A stretch of 62,318 nt of DNA, the filler included, from an uncultured Methanoregulaceae archaeon (GTDB taxonomy: Archaea > Halobacteriota > Methanomicrobia > Methanomicrobiales > Methanospirillaceae): the NCBI GenBank assembly GCA_964530035.1. It is 6 parts of 6 records of this genome, joined end to end, with 100 filler letters (N's around TTAATTAATTAA, not from the genome) between each part and the next. Parts side by side here need not be neighbours in the genome. Positions count along the whole stretch, not along the records: positions 31,559 to 41,909 come from CAZGXZ010000088.1; 5 more parts are not named here. One strand, written 5' to 3'. The first letter of the stretch is position 1. Each line of letters opens with the position of its first letter. The notes under the pieces are model-generated. The model was not told the DNA's origin, did no database searches, and was given only the letters and a program-made list of their open reading frames with translations. The position numbers and the translations under genes are program-made. Positions 31,459 through 39,857 of this stretch are shown here, one piece after another.

Positions 31459-31558
31459 NNNNNNNNNNNNNNNNNNNNNNNNNNNNNNNNNNNNNNNNNN
31501 NNTTAATTAATTAANNNNNNNNNNNNNNNNNNNNNNNNNNNNNNNNNNNNNNNNNNNN
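31459..31558. other. Artificial contig linker
   Basis: N run with central TTAATTAATTAA. Confidence 0.97.
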
Positions 31559-32753
31559 CGGCGAACTCGACGGCTGGGCCAGCTTTCCCTATGAACTCCT
31601 GTACCCCGCTCCTGTGTCTCACGCGTCGGTCTCGATGCCGTCCAGCCGGCGGACCAGGTCCACAGACCCGATGCTGATTTATTTTACCTCGGGGACAACC
31701 GGCGAACCGAAGATGGTCCTGCACAACAACGCCCATCCTCTCGGCCACAGGGTAACCGCCGAGCTGTGGCAGGACCTGAGGTCCAATGACCTGCACCTGA
31801 CACTTTCTGATACCGGTTGGGCAAAATGCGGGTGGGGCAAGATATTCGGCCAATGGATCGCTGGTGCATGCCTTTTCATCTATGATATCAAGGGCAAGTT
31901 CAATGCAACTGAAATCCTCCCGGTACTTGAAAAGTATGAAATAACCACCTTCTGTGCTCCTCCAACGATATACCGCATGCTTATTCTTGCGGACCTCAAG
32001 AAATTCGACCTGCGTGAGCTCCGTCATTGTGTTTCTGCCGGGGAACCCCTGAACCCGGAAGTTATCCGGGTCTGGAAGGAAGGAACCGGACTCTCCATCT
32101 ATGAAGGATATGGACAGACTGAAACGGTATGTGCGGTGGCCTCGTTCCCCTGCATGGAGTGTCGCCCGGGGTCGATGGGGAAACCGTCACCGGGCTGGGT
32201 GGTGGAACTCCATGATGAGGAAGGACGCATGGTACGTCAGGGAGAGGAGGGGCGGATCGCCATCAGGCTCGACCCGAGGCCGGTGGGACTGATTGTGGAG
32301 TACATCGACAACCCTGAAGCGAATGCCGAGTCCTTCAAGGACAACTACTATTACACCGGTGACAAGGCCTACGAGGACCGTGACGGGTACCTGTGGTTTG
32401 TCGGCAGGGATGACGATGTCATCAAGTCATCGGGGTATCGCATCGGGCCGTTCGAGGTGGAAAGTGCGCTTCTTGAGCATCCGGCCGTACAGGAATCCGC
32501 GGTTGTCGGGTCACCGGACACGATACGGGGCCTAGTTGTCAAGGCATTCATCGTGCTGAAGCCGGGGTTCGAGCCATCCGAGAGCCTTGCCAAGGAGATC
32601 AAGGCCCATGCAAGGAGGACGACCGCACCGTACAAGTACCCGAGGGTCATCGAGTTCGTGACAGATCTCCCGAAAACAATCTCCGGGAAGATCAAACGAA
32701 ATGTCCTCCGTGAACAGGAGATGAAAAAAGCCTCTCAAAATGGTGAGAAATAA
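31559..32753 (+). CDS. AMP-forming acyl-CoA synthetase (medium-chain/ACSM-like), 5' end truncated
   Basis: YFTSGTTGEPK, SAGEPL, YEGYGQTE, YTGD, GRDDDVIK, LPKTISGKI. Confidence 0.93.
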
Positions 32754-32850
32754 ATATTGCCTGTTTTGCAGGTAGATCAGGACAATACTCGTTTAAACAT
32801 CATTTTTTCCTGAAAGGACCTAAGGAACTGCCTGGTCCTTACAGGCGCTT

Positions 32851-34260
32851 TCAACCATATGCAACCAGCCGCGATATAAATACGCGTGCCCAGATATATG
32901 CAACCGCGCCGCCAAGGATGTCTCCGGCGACGATCCCCCACCATATCCCGTGTTCACCGAATCCGGCAACAATCCCGAGGAAGTAAGCAAACACCGCGAT
33001 GAACACGAGGTTTCTCAGGAGGCTTAAAACAAGGGAGGTCATGCCTCTTCCCGTCCCCTGGAATATCGCACTGGACATGATCCCCGGTGATACGAATGGA
33101 TAGAAGAAACACATCGTACCAAGGAATGCAGCGATTGATGGGGCGAGGTGGGCTCCTTCTGCCGTGTAGGTGAAGATGGTCGCGATCTGTGGGGCAAACA
33201 GCCAGGTGATGATGCTCACGGCAACTCCAATCGCGATCCCGAGAGAAACGGAGAACCCGTGGATGAGAGGGAGTTTGGCGAAATGCCTGCCTCCGTACGC
33301 CGCCCCGCCGACTGTGATGACCGATGTACTGATTGCAACTATCGGAATGATCCCGAACAGGACTACCCTCCATCCTGCGGTGTAGACCGCGACCTCGTCC
33401 GGGCCGGCAACCGTTACCAGGAGGCCGTTGACGATGATGGAAAGGAGTGACATGAGCAGGAACTCGAAACTAGCCGGCAGCCCGATGTTCAGGATGTCCC
33501 GCACGGTTTTCCGGTCAGGTGAATAAAACCTGGCTGAAAGAGCGACGAACGTATCCCTGCGCCCCAGGAACCAGTACAGGAGTACCAGCAGGACAAAGAC
33601 CTGGGAGATGATCAGCCCCCAGGCCGCCCCGGAGATCCCCATACCGGCATAATAGATGAGGAGCGGGTCAAGGACCATGTTGATGACCGCAGAAGCTCCG
33701 ATGACATAGGTGGCACGGCGTGTGTCCCCTTCAGCCCGGAGGATGGCGGATAGTACGCTGGTAACGAGGAGGAGGGTTGTACCTGCAAAAATAACCTGGC
33801 CATACTCAATGGCGAGTCCAGCCGTCCTTCCTGCGCCGAAGGCTATGACTATTGGCCCGCAGAAAAGGATGAGCGGGATGGTGATCAGGGCCGATATGAT
33901 ACAGGTGATAATCAGTGCATGGATGGCGGTATTGTTTGCTCCGGCATGGTCTCCTGCACCTATTCGCCTGGATATGACCGATGCCGTCCCGGCACCGAGC
34001 CCGTTGGAGAGCCCGATGAGCACCATGAACAACGGGGTGATGAACCCGACAGCTGCGAGGGCGTCCGACCCGAGTCCTGCCACCCAGATCGCATTCACAA
34101 TGTTGTAGGTGGAGTAGAGGAGCGTCGCGATGACCATCGGTCCTGACAGGACGAGGATAGCTTTCTTGGGATCACCCGTCAGGAGCGAAACGCCCCGTGT
34201 GGCTCCCTGGAAGGGCGCCCCTTCCGGGACCGGTCCCTGTGCGTCATTCACCTGCATCAT
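32851..34260 (-). CDS. MATE family efflux transporter
   Basis: LLTGDPKKAI, VAGLGSDALAAVG, LRAEGDT, NMVLDPLLI, MGISGAAW; many TM helices. Confidence 0.92.
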   Translation of the reverse strand: MMQVNDAQGPVPEGAPFQGATRGVSLLTGDPKKAILVLSGPMVIATLLYSTYNIVNAIWVAGLGSDALAAVGFITPLFMVLIGLSNGLGAGTASVISRRIGAGDHAGANNTAIHALIITCIISALITIPLILFCGPIVIAFGAGRTAGLAIEYGQVIFAGTTLLLVTSVLSAILRAEGDTRRATYVIGASAVINMVLDPLLIYYAGMGISGAAWGLIISQVFVLLVLLYWFLGRRDTFVALSARFYSPDRKTVRDILNIGLPASFEFLLMSLLSIIVNGLLVTVAGPDEVAVYTAGWRVVLFGIIPIVAISTSVITVGGAAYGGRHFAKLPLIHGFSVSLGIAIGVAVSIITWLFAPQIATIFTYTAEGAHLAPSIAAFLGTMCFFYPFVSPGIMSSAIFQGTGRGMTSLVLSLLRNLVFIAVFAYFLGIVAGFGEHGIWWGIVAGDILGGAVAYIWARVFISRLVAYG

Positions 34261-34750
34261 TACCATACCCGTTTTTCTGCACCAGGGAGATGCAGTTTGC
34301 AGCCATACGTTTGAGATAGACCATGCACTGCTCTTTCTCCTCATCGCTAAAGCCGGAAAAGGCACCTCTCTCCCATTCCAGGTCAATGGCACGAAGAACC
34401 GGGGCCATGTCCCTGCCTTTCTCGGTCAGGAAAAGCCTGACGGCCCTCCGGTTACCTGGGTCCGTTATCCTCCGGACAAAACCGCCATCCTCAAGTTTCT
34501 GTACCGCCCTTGCCACAGTCCCCTTGTCAATGTGGAAATGCCGGGCCAGGGTATCCTGGATGATATTCTGTTTCCTGACAAGGCAGATGAGGGCCGGGAA
34601 CTGACCGGCTGAAAGCCCGAATGGCTTCAGACGCTCGTTTATAACGATAAAGTGCGCCCTGTTGATTATGGATATGAATGCACCCGGAGGTTTTTCGGGA
34701 TGCTGGTCCCTGTTTTCATACACAGGGAATGGTTGTGCTGTCGGGAACAA
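34244..34750 (-). CDS. MarR family transcriptional regulator
   Basis: QDTLARHFHIDKGTVARAVQKLEDGGFVRR..DPGNRRAVRLFLTEKG; overlaps the MATE start. Exact start uncertain. Confidence 0.9.
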   Translation of the reverse strand: MFPTAQPFPVYENRDQHPEKPPGAFISIINRAHFIVINERLKPFGLSAGQFPALICLVRKQNIIQDTLARHFHIDKGTVARAVQKLEDGGFVRRITDPGNRRAVRLFLTEKGRDMAPVLRAIDLEWERGAFSGFSDEEKEQCMVYLKRMAANCISLVQKNGYGNDAGE

Positions 34751-34752
34751 AA

Positions 34753-34781
34753 TGTTGTCGATGCAACAGTTGTTGTGACAA
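34753..34781. promoter_or_regulatory. Candidate MarR operator
   Basis: TGTTG-N6-CAACA (34753-34768) plus adjacent TTGT-N4-ACAA (34770-34781), directly upstream of the marR-like gene. Confidence 0.55.
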
Positions 34782-35198
34782 TATTATGTCGGAAGGTCCT
34801 GGAACATCACCCTCCCACCAGCAGGAGGATGCAGGACTGTTTTTACCTGCCTCTCCAGGACATGGAGAGCCTGGACCCACCGGCTGCAGGGTACAGGAGC
34901 CAGACATGCTGGAAAAAGGCGTTACCCCGCGTACATGAACCTGAAGTGGACAAGTATCGCGAAAGCCGCCAGCAGTGCCAGGATGTCGAATGGACATCCT
35001 TTCAGGTGATTCTTCAATGAACCAGGATGGATCACGCCTTTTTCCTCTTTCTTGGCAAGATGCCCCGCCCGGATTCACCACCCGGGCAGGGTGGGTGATT
35101 CCTGACTGAGCCAATTCTCATTACTGACAAAGAACCCGGTCTCATCAGATCCCATGGCAGACCAATCAGCCCGGTGATGTTATTCTCACCGCACTATT

Positions 35199-35216
35199 TG
35201 TAAAGTCAACTTTACA
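35199..35216. promoter_or_regulatory. Operator-like palindrome TGTAAAG-N4-CTTTACA
   Basis: Perfect 7-bp arms, downstream of a minus-strand BRE/TATA-like AAAAAGGTTTATC (35226-35238). Confidence 0.6.
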
Positions 35217-35364
35217 TTCATCCGGGATAAACCTTTTTATCCGGATATATCATGCCGAAAAAAGAGGTTGGTGGAAACGAAACCGCAGAATAATCACGGA
35301 ATGCAGGCACCTTGAGCAGGTAAAATTCTGGGCCCGGGCTGCCGTACATCAAATGCCGGTCTGC

Positions 35365-35571
35365 TTAACCCTTGGTATCTTCTTCGTAAATGAACAGCTC
35401 TTCGAGGGGCACCCTGAAGTACCGGGCAATCCTGAACGCGAGATCCAGCGAGGGAATGTACTTTCCTTTTTCAATGGCAAGGATGGTCTGCCTGGAAACC
35501 CGAACCGCCGCCGCAAGGTCCTCCTGGGTGATCTCGTTGATTGCCCGGTGCACTCTTATTTTATTCTTCAT
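35365..35571 (-). CDS. XRE/Cro-C1 helix-turn-helix regulator
   Basis: MKNKIR...TQEDLAAAVRVSRQTILAIEKGKYIPSLDLAF. Confidence 0.92.
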   Translation of the reverse strand: MKNKIRVHRAINEITQEDLAAAVRVSRQTILAIEKGKYIPSLDLAFRIARYFRVPLEELFIYEEDTKG

Positions 35572-36004
35572 CGGTGTCCCATTCTCCATACTTCCGGGAG
35601 TAGTAGATCCTGAACCCTACATACAGAAAGATCATGGTGCAGAGAAGGATTAACTGGACTAAGCCAAACATCCGGATCGGGAACCCCCCGGCCGGGCCAT
35701 GGGGGATGGGAGGGGGAAACGGGTGCTTGTCGAGGCTTGACACGAATGCTCCGATGGATGAAGCGAAGAAGATGACCCAGAACACCTCGAGCGTCCTGAC
35801 CGCGGCCTTTTCGGTGATGCGGCTGTACCGTTCGTCCTCAATGATACTCGAGACGCGGCTGCGAATTATATAAATGAGGACGACACCCAGCACGAAGGCG
35901 ATTTCGATGGGAAGCGGGTTCCCGATCTCTATCGACCACCAGAGAATCCCGACCAGGATGAGGGCAATGATTCCGGTAGAAATATAATAAGTGTTCCGGT
36001 TCAT
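35561..36004 (-). CDS. DUF2178-like membrane protein
   Basis: Four hydrophobic helices with EDER...EKAA motif; overlaps the XRE gene start. Confidence 0.8.
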   Translation of the reverse strand: MNRNTYYISTGIIALILVGILWWSIEIGNPLPIEIAFVLGVVLIYIIRSRVSSIIEDERYSRITEKAAVRTLEVFWVIFFASSIGAFVSSLDKHPFPPPIPHGPAGGFPIRMFGLVQLILLCTMIFLYVGFRIYYSRKYGEWDTDEE

Positions 36005-36204
36005 GGCGAGTGTCAGATTAATTATTATTTTACCTCTGGTATAGGACTTGCGACAGGTTCATCCGGCCGATGATCCTCCCGTCAACCCTCTTTACGCTCT
36101 GACCTCTTCCAGGCAGATGGATGAACTGAACTGCATGGCCCTCCCGGTCATACGTCCCGAAACGGTCGGTCCCGCTCCATGAAGTTTTTGTGAACGGTCT
36201 GATA

Positions 36205-39200
36205 TCATACCGACCTGTTCTTGATGGAGGTCTTCAGAGCAGGCAGGGTCGTCCGGGGTTTCACGGTCCCGATCGTAACTACTGCTTTCACCGTGGTTGC
36301 CGGTTTCGTGGTCTTCCGGGTGGTTACCGTAACAACCGGGGTTGTGGGGGTCCCTGCGGATGTTATCGACACCTTCTTACCGGAGGTCAGGTAATTGTTG
36401 TCCTCCCGGCTTTCATAGATCTCATTTTCCGGGTCGGCGATTGCTCCCAGGGTGTAATCCCCGGGCGTGAGCGAGGTGGGAAGGGTGACCGGACCGCTTC
36501 CGGACGTTGAGATGCCGGGAGCAAGAGCCGGGACGTAGAAGGAACCGATAAGGGTATCTTTCTGGGAAACCGTTGTGTTATTCGAGAGGTAGTAGCCCAC
36601 AACGAACCCCTGTGAAGTACCTGAACCCTGGTTTCTTACCGTTGCTGTGAGGGCCACAGTTCCTCCCGGGGGAGCCGATGCCGGTCCCGAAACGGTGGTG
36701 ATAACAAGGTCTGTCTTTCCTCCCTTTCCCTTTTCCTTCACGCTTATTGTATTTTCAGCGACCATGTAATCATTGTCTTCATTGGGGTCTGAACCATCGG
36801 GAGTGTAAACGACCATCATGAGAGTATAAACACCCGGCTTCGTGTCTGAGGGCACGGTGAGGGTTGTGAGCCCCACCGAGGAGGTACCAGGGTCTATGGA
36901 GGAGACTTCCCTCATGCCCAGGAAGGTCAGCTCGTCAGAGGAATCCGGAAGGAGCCCGAAACCTACATAGAATGTACCTGACGGGGCAAACCCGACATTC
37001 TGGACGGTATCATTGATGGCGATCGTCCCACCGGCCCGGGCCTCGGAAGGGGCCCTGACTTCAACCGCCGCAATATCCGGAAGGTTTTGCTCATTATAGA
37101 CCCGTATCTTGACCGGGTACATACCGATGTTATTTGAATCGTCAGTCTCGCTTACCCTCTCGGAGAGGTCAATGAACCCTCCAAGGTAATACGGCCCTTC
37201 TGCGAGGTTTTCAGGGAGGTTAACCTTGTACAGGCCAGAGAAAGCACCGTTCTGACCAAGTGACGGGACCTCTGCAGAACCCAGGATGGTGATGTCATCG
37301 GGGCTTTGCGGGTTGATCTTCGATAGGAAAAAGGTCATATCGGTTACCCTTGAGGTGACCGTCCCGAGGTTTGCTACGGTGAATGTCAGTTCGGCCACCC
37401 CGCCGGATGCCATGGACGCGGGCCCCTTCAGTGATCTCATGGAAAGGTCTGCCGTGGAACCACCGAACCTGACATAAGACTCCGAGGAGATCTGATTGTT
37501 TTGTTCGTTGCTCTCCTCGGTCAGTCCGTCCGGATCCACCGTTGCGACAACGTAATAGTTCTGTGTACCTGCTGAGTCCGGGACTTTGAATGAGACAGAA
37601 ACCTGTTCGGTTGACCCTTTTGTCAGAGCCCTGACTCCGGCAGACCCGAGAGGGACCTCGTTCCCGAGTGCCTGGGCACCCATGGGTGCGAGCGAAAAGC
37701 GGACCGTTGTTTCCGGTGCGTCGCCAGGGCCCAGGTTTTTCACCGTTGCTTCGATATGAATCGTCCCGCCAGGGTTCGACGAATCTGGCACCTGTATGGA
37801 ACTGACGGTCAGGTCGGGGGCAGAACCGGCCACCTGGACGGTCTTTCCGTACGCTTTCAGGCAGGCATTGGTATTGGGGAACTGTGATGTGATGTCGACC
37901 CAGCTCGACCCGTCAGCGCTCATGTAACTCTCCCCTTCAGACGCTGTGGCCTGTTTTGCGGACTGCAAGGGTTTTTCAACGGCCAGTGGGTAGACTACGC
38001 CGGGAGTGGTCAGCTTCACCGTGGCCGTAAAAGTCTCTCCACTCGTCACCGTCACCGGTTTTTCAAGCCGGATAGTATGAAATCCCGGGAGTTCGATCGT
38101 CCCTTTCCTCGAGGCTGAAGGGGCGGGATCAGAGCCTTTGAAGACGGCAAGTTCGTATTTCGTATCAGGTCCGGTCGTATAGAAACCGAGCGCCGAAATC
38201 TCCTGGTTTCCCCTGGCATGGAAAACATTCGTCATCATGCCCGTGGGCGACTTGAACCCGATCATATCGGTCAGGCCGAGCGGGTCATACTGGTATATCG
38301 TGTCGTAGTTGGTCACGGGTTCAGGGATGTACAGCGCATTTTCAAGGTCTATCCTGGTATCGTAGTAGGAAACATAGAAATAACCGTCAAGGCCCCACTC
38401 CTTTCCCCAGCTGTTCTTGATGATCCAGGCACCGTCTCCTGGTGCCGAGGGGAAGAAGTTATCCCTGCTGAAGCGGTTGTCCCATCCAATGATGGTAATG
38501 TCGTGATTGGCATAGTTATTACCAGGGTAATAATACCCTCCAGTCACCTTGTTGAAGAATGTCGCGTCGTAATACATGCAGGAGTGGACTGCACCATACT
38601 CCATGAGTGCCTTTTTTGTTTCTTCCGCCGACAGGGGCCCGGTCTTGTCAGGGATATACAGGACCTCCTGGATATGTTTCTGTGGCGGGACGTTCTGCGG
38701 GGATGTTGCACCTCTGACCGGGTCTCCGTTGTACGGGTCATCAGCTTCTGCAACAGGTCCGGCCCACCTGATGAGATATGCCGTTGCCATCACCCGGTTG
38801 CCGCCTTCGCAGGAAAGCCAGTTGAATCCGTGAGTATTCTTCATATTGTTCTCTGATAAGTCCCAGGACTCACCTGGGAGGAGGAATGATTCTATTGAGG
38901 CCAGGGCGGAATGCGCCCAGCACGAACCGCAGGGGTTCTGGTTTTTCACCGGGGTAACCTTGTTCAAGGTTCTTAAGTCATACCTGGCCGGGTAGACCGC
39001 CTCTGTTACTTTCTTTTCCTCCTGTTTCCGGGATTCAGGCCGGGTGAAAAGGACCGGTTCAGGTACATGACCGAGGGGGGTGTCCGGGGCACTGATCCGA
39101 TTTCCTGGTCCGATCGTTTCAGGCTTGCGGAGAGATGACCATGCTGCGTATGCAGGATTTTCAGGGGCCTCCTCGGCCTTGAATGCCAGGGCACGTGTAC

Positions 39201-39657
39201 GTGTCCCCTCAGCCAGTGGGTTCGAGAGGCCCTGACCTGACTGGGCATCCTCTTTTTCAGACGCCGATTCGACGCTCTTTCCAATTACTACCTTCCCTGA
39301 CCGCTCGCGGACCATTCGTGAGACCGTTGCAGGATCTACCGTCCCGCTGCCCGGAGATACCTGTGTAACCCCGCCACGGACGCTCTGAATGTCAGGGCCT
39401 GTATGTGACGCAAATTTAACCATGAGCTCCCGGAGAGTCCTTGCAATACCGTGGTTGAGGGAGCTGACAGATGATTCCGGGCCTGATCTGGAAAACATGG
39501 CATCCCTGTTCACGGGGACGGACACCGTGCCGGCTGGATCAGGTGTCCCGGTTGACGCTGATGAGGCGGTAACCGCTGCAAAAACAGGTGATGCCATACT
39601 CATGGCCAGCATGAGGCATAGGATGAATGAGCAGGTCTTCCCTCCGGTGGGTGTCAT
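36205..39657 (-). CDS. Secreted papain-like (C1A) cysteine protease with lectin-like domain, four CARDB domains and a Thr-rich tail
   Basis: Signal peptide; YDLR...VTPVKNQNPCGSCWA (Cys), NHDITIIGW (His), IIKNSWG (Asn); IYQYD lectin-like domain; four DL/DI...V.N.G...E...NN repeats. Confidence 0.9.
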   Translation of the reverse strand: MTPTGGKTCSFILCLMLAMSMASPVFAAVTASSASTGTPDPAGTVSVPVNRDAMFSRSGPESSVSSLNHGIARTLRELMVKFASHTGPDIQSVRGGVTQVSPGSGTVDPATVSRMVRERSGKVVIGKSVESASEKEDAQSGQGLSNPLAEGTRTRALAFKAEEAPENPAYAAWSSLRKPETIGPGNRISAPDTPLGHVPEPVLFTRPESRKQEEKKVTEAVYPARYDLRTLNKVTPVKNQNPCGSCWAHSALASIESFLLPGESWDLSENNMKNTHGFNWLSCEGGNRVMATAYLIRWAGPVAEADDPYNGDPVRGATSPQNVPPQKHIQEVLYIPDKTGPLSAEETKKALMEYGAVHSCMYYDATFFNKVTGGYYYPGNNYANHDITIIGWDNRFSRDNFFPSAPGDGAWIIKNSWGKEWGLDGYFYVSYYDTRIDLENALYIPEPVTNYDTIYQYDPLGLTDMIGFKSPTGMMTNVFHARGNQEISALGFYTTGPDTKYELAVFKGSDPAPSASRKGTIELPGFHTIRLEKPVTVTSGETFTATVKLTTPGVVYPLAVEKPLQSAKQATASEGESYMSADGSSWVDITSQFPNTNACLKAYGKTVQVAGSAPDLTVSSIQVPDSSNPGGTIHIEATVKNLGPGDAPETTVRFSLAPMGAQALGNEVPLGSAGVRALTKGSTEQVSVSFKVPDSAGTQNYYVVATVDPDGLTEESNEQNNQISSESYVRFGGSTADLSMRSLKGPASMASGGVAELTFTVANLGTVTSRVTDMTFFLSKINPQSPDDITILGSAEVPSLGQNGAFSGLYKVNLPENLAEGPYYLGGFIDLSERVSETDDSNNIGMYPVKIRVYNEQNLPDIAAVEVRAPSEARAGGTIAINDTVQNVGFAPSGTFYVGFGLLPDSSDELTFLGMREVSSIDPGTSSVGLTTLTVPSDTKPGVYTLMMVVYTPDGSDPNEDNDYMVAENTISVKEKGKGGKTDLVITTVSGPASAPPGGTVALTATVRNQGSGTSQGFVVGYYLSNNTTVSQKDTLIGSFYVPALAPGISTSGSGPVTLPTSLTPGDYTLGAIADPENEIYESREDNNYLTSGKKVSITSAGTPTTPVVTVTTRKTTKPATTVKAVVTIGTVKPRTTLPALKTSIKNRSV

Positions 39658-39819
39658 GAGCTGTAGGTTATAAATCACTTCGTTTCAGACAAATGCTTTC
39701 TTCTTGCGGCATATCCCTGGCATCGCTGCGGACAGGTTGCCGGCACAGGAAACACCTCTTGCTCCGTCCCGTATGGGCAGGGTATTAATCAGCAGCTGGA
39801 TCCCCCCCCCCGTTCATGG

Positions 39820-39857
39820 TTTAAATAAGTGCACCACAAAATGTACTGTCATGGTGC
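39820..39857 (+). promoter_or_regulatory. TATA box followed by inverted repeat GCACCA-N15-TGGTGC overlapping the start codon
   Basis: TTTAAATA at 39820-39827; half-sites at 39831-39836 and 39852-39857. Confidence 0.5.
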
